Position numbers and translations under genes: made by a program. 64,000 bases of DNA, taken from assembly GCF_963921235.1 (NCBI RefSeq), contig NC_086098.1, positions 1,736,001 through 1,800,000 of the forward strand, read 5' to 3'. Of this stretch, positions 61,236-64,000 are shown in pieces. The DNA comes from Mobula hypostoma. Lineage: Eukaryota. Positions within the stretch are counted from its first letter, which is position 1. The number at the start of each line of letters is the position of its first letter. Below the pieces are notes generated by a model. That model ran no database searches. It was not told the origin of the DNA and was given only the letters and a program-made list of their open reading frames with translations.

Positions 61236-61854
61236 AGATTATGAAGACACGCAGTCCTCTTTTATTGTCATTTAGTAATGCATGCATTAAGAAATGATAC
61301 AATATTCCTTCGGTGTGATATCACAAAACACAGGACAGACCAAGACTGAAAAACTAACAAAAACCACATAATTATAACATATAGTTACAACAGTGCAACA
61401 ATACCATAACTTGATGAAGAACAGGCCATGGCACAGTAAAAAAGTTCAAAGTCTCTCGAATGTCCCACATCTCACGCAGACGGGAGAAGGAAGAAAAACT
61501 CTCCCTGCCATGCCCGACTACGGTCCGACTCTGAGTTGTCTGAAAACTTCGAACCTCTGATCAGCTCTCCGACACTGAGTACCGAGCACCATCTCTATCC
61601 GAACGATTCGACCTCGATCTCGGTTGCCAACAGCAGGCAAAGCCGGGGATTTTGAGGCCATCCCTCCAGAAGATTCTCGATCACGCAGTAACAACAGCAG
61701 CAAACCTGTGTTTCAGAAATTTCTCCAGATATTCCCCTGTGCTTTCACGTCTGTCTCCATCAAATCAGAATTGTCCACGGCCCCTATTTAACGGATACGA
61801 TATTATTTTCACCGGAGGGCTGCGCGTACATGGCGCGCTGCTAACTCTTCCTCC
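61236..61854 (-). mobile_element. YY1-headed non-coding retroelement, copy 3 (head motif degraded)
   Basis: Reverse complement is collinear with 47106-47742. Confidence 0.82.
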
Positions 61855-62627
61855 CAGTGGTGGGGGGAGGATTCTAGGACAAGGGGACACAGTCTCGGGA
61901 TAGAGGATAATCTCTTTAAAACGGAGATGTGGTGAAATTTCTTTAGCCAGAGGGCGGTGAGTTTGTGGAATTTGTTACCACAGGCAGCTATGCAGGCCAG
62001 GTCATTGGGTGTACTTAAGGTGGAGATTGATAGGTTGTTTATTGGCCACAGCATCAAAGATTACGGGGAGAGCTGCGGAGTGGTGCTGAGGAGGGGTAAA
62101 AACAATCAGCCATGATTGGTGAAGCATACACAATGGGCCAAATAACCCAACTCTGCTGGTATGTCTTATGATCTTAACACGAGGGGAAATTTCTGCACTC
62201 AGCGGGTTGTGAACATGTGGAACATGCAAGCTCAATTTCAACTTTTAAGGGAAGTTTGGATCAGTACATAGATGGTAGGGATATTAAAGGCTATTGTCCC
62301 AGTGCAGGTGGATGGGAATAGGCAGTCTAAATTGTTCAACTCAAACAGGTGAGCCTGTTTCTGTGCTGCAATTTTCGATGACTCTATGAAAAAGTCCAAA
62401 CATATTCAACCTTTCCCTCTAACTCAGATCCTCAAGTCCTGGCAACATCCTGCTAATTTTTTTCTGTCCGCTTTCAAATTTGCAGGGTATTAGCAGTCCT
62501 TGATCCTGCTGGTACATGCTTTTTGGTTTTTATTTCTTCTGCCCGAAGGTAGAGCGGGGGAAGTGATGTAATACTGAGACTTTAAAAAGCGCTGGTGTAG
62601 CCTCACTTGAAATATTGTGCCATGACA

Positions 62628-62745
62628 AACAAGAGAAAATCTGCAGGTGCAGCAAATCCAAGCCCCACACACAAATGCTGCAGGCCAGGCAACATCTAAA
62701 GAAAAGAACGCAGTTGATGTTTCAAGCTGAGATGCTTCAGCAGGA
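62628..62745 (-). mobile_element. Degenerate PLE terminus with decayed hammerhead
   Basis: Minus strand reads tcCTGCTGAagcatctcagcttGAAACatcaactg followed by gatgttgcctggcctgc..gcatttgtgtgt and tail. Confidence 0.6.
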
Positions 62746-63545
62746 TATATTGTGAGCAGTTTTGGGCCTCTTATCTTCGAAAGGATGTGCTGATATTGGA
62801 GAGGGCTCGAAAGAGGTTCTTGAAAATGATTTCGGGATTGAAAAGCTTATTCATATGAGAAATGTTTGAAGGCCCTAGGTCTCTACTCTTGGGAATTCAG
62901 AAGAATGAGGAGAGACCTAATTGAAAACTATTGAATGCTGAAAGGCCTGAATAGAATGGATGTGGAGATAGTTTCCTATGGTAGGTGAGTCTAAGACCAG
63001 TGGACACAGCCTCATAATAGAGGAACATCCAATTAAGATGGAGATGAGGAGCAATTTCTTTAGCCAGAGAGTGGTGAATCTGTGGAATTCTTTGCCACAG
63101 GCCTCTGTGGAGGCTAAGTCTTTATGTATATTTAAGGCAGAAGTTGATAGATTCTTGATCGATTAGGGCATAAAAGGTACAGGGGAGGGGGGAAGCAGGA
63201 GATTTGGGCCAAGAATGAAATAGATCAGCCATGATGAAATGGCGGAGCAGACCTGAGGTGCCAAATGGTCTAATTCTGCTCCTGTATCTTGTGGTGTTCT
63301 GGTATTTTAGATGAGCTGCTGGGATGGAGTATGTTAGGAGTGGATAGTGTAGGGTAAAAGAAGAATCAGTTCCAGTACAGGCATCCAGATACTGAGCAAT
63401 TTACATTCAGTTAATGAAGTGTGTCTGGAATGAAAACTGGCATCATGTATGCATGTTTTCCATAAACCTATAGATTGTTGTGAAAATCCATCAAGTTTGC
63501 TGGTGTCATTTAGATTTCAACTTTGTCATCCTTCCCCTCTCATAC

Positions 63546-63689
63546 CTAAATGTGATATTGCATCTACTGCAAGATGGTTCATTTCTACCTGCTCTCTGAA
63601 ATGGCTGAGGAAAGCGTTCACTTGAAAGAGCAATAGAGTATGAGTAACCATTGCCATCCTGGCTGGCAATGTCCACACCCTGTTTACAC
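63546..63689 (-). CDS. Probable internal exon (144 bp) of an unidentified host gene
   Basis: Acceptor ctgttatttcttgtttag, donor TAG|gtatga; length divisible by 3; phase-2 frame (R)CKQGVDIASQDGNGYSYSIALSSERFPQPFQRAGRNEPSCSRCNITF(R) is open and splices in frame to 45855. Confidence 0.6.
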
Positions 63690-64000
63690 CTAAACAAGAA
63701 ATAACAGGGTCAGCTTGCTGAGCAGTACATCCTGCCGCACGCTTGTCACACACTTCTGCCGTACACACCTGTCACAAACTTCTGTCTTCCCCCCCTGCTG
63801 CACACTTCTCATACATTCCTGATGCATGCTTCTACCATACAGCTTAGTTGCACACTGTGCTGCAAAATTCCATAAGACATAGGAACAGAATTAGGCAATT
63901 TGGCCCATTGAGTTGAACTCTGTTCCATCCCAGCTGATTTATTATCCCTCTCAACCCCATTCTCCTGCCTTCTCCCTGTAACTTTTGACCCCCTGAGTAA

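Overview
Eukaryotic, very repeat-dense DNA; no prokaryotic genes, CRISPR arrays or rRNA/tRNA genes were seen. The repeat mix (CR1 LINEs with SGNH-esterase ORF1, Rex1/Babar, Penelope-like and RTE-derived elements) suggests a cartilaginous fish, probably a ray; this is inference. By eye roughly 90% of the window is nested retrotransposon sequence. It includes several CR1 families with one young, nearly intact full-length copy (17493-21990), Rex1/Babar 3' fragments, Penelope-like element (PLE) fragments carrying minimal hammerhead ribozymes, non-autonomous RTE-derived and LINE-UTR-derived elements, a tRNA-headed SINE, one Tigger end and a compound (TG)n tract. Two phase-compatible minus-strand exons (63546-63689 and 45741-45855) suggest the window lies partly in introns of an unidentified host gene. 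Most notable observations: (1) four non-coding fold-back mini-insertions built from hammerhead-bearing PLE termini, each with a 13-15 bp TSD, one reduced to 31 bp; (2) repeated inverted copies of local flanking DNA at 5' junctions of unrelated LINEs; (3) tandem promoter-like monomers at the 5' end of the young CR1. All alignments were done by eye, so boundaries of old elements are approximate and family names need a database check.
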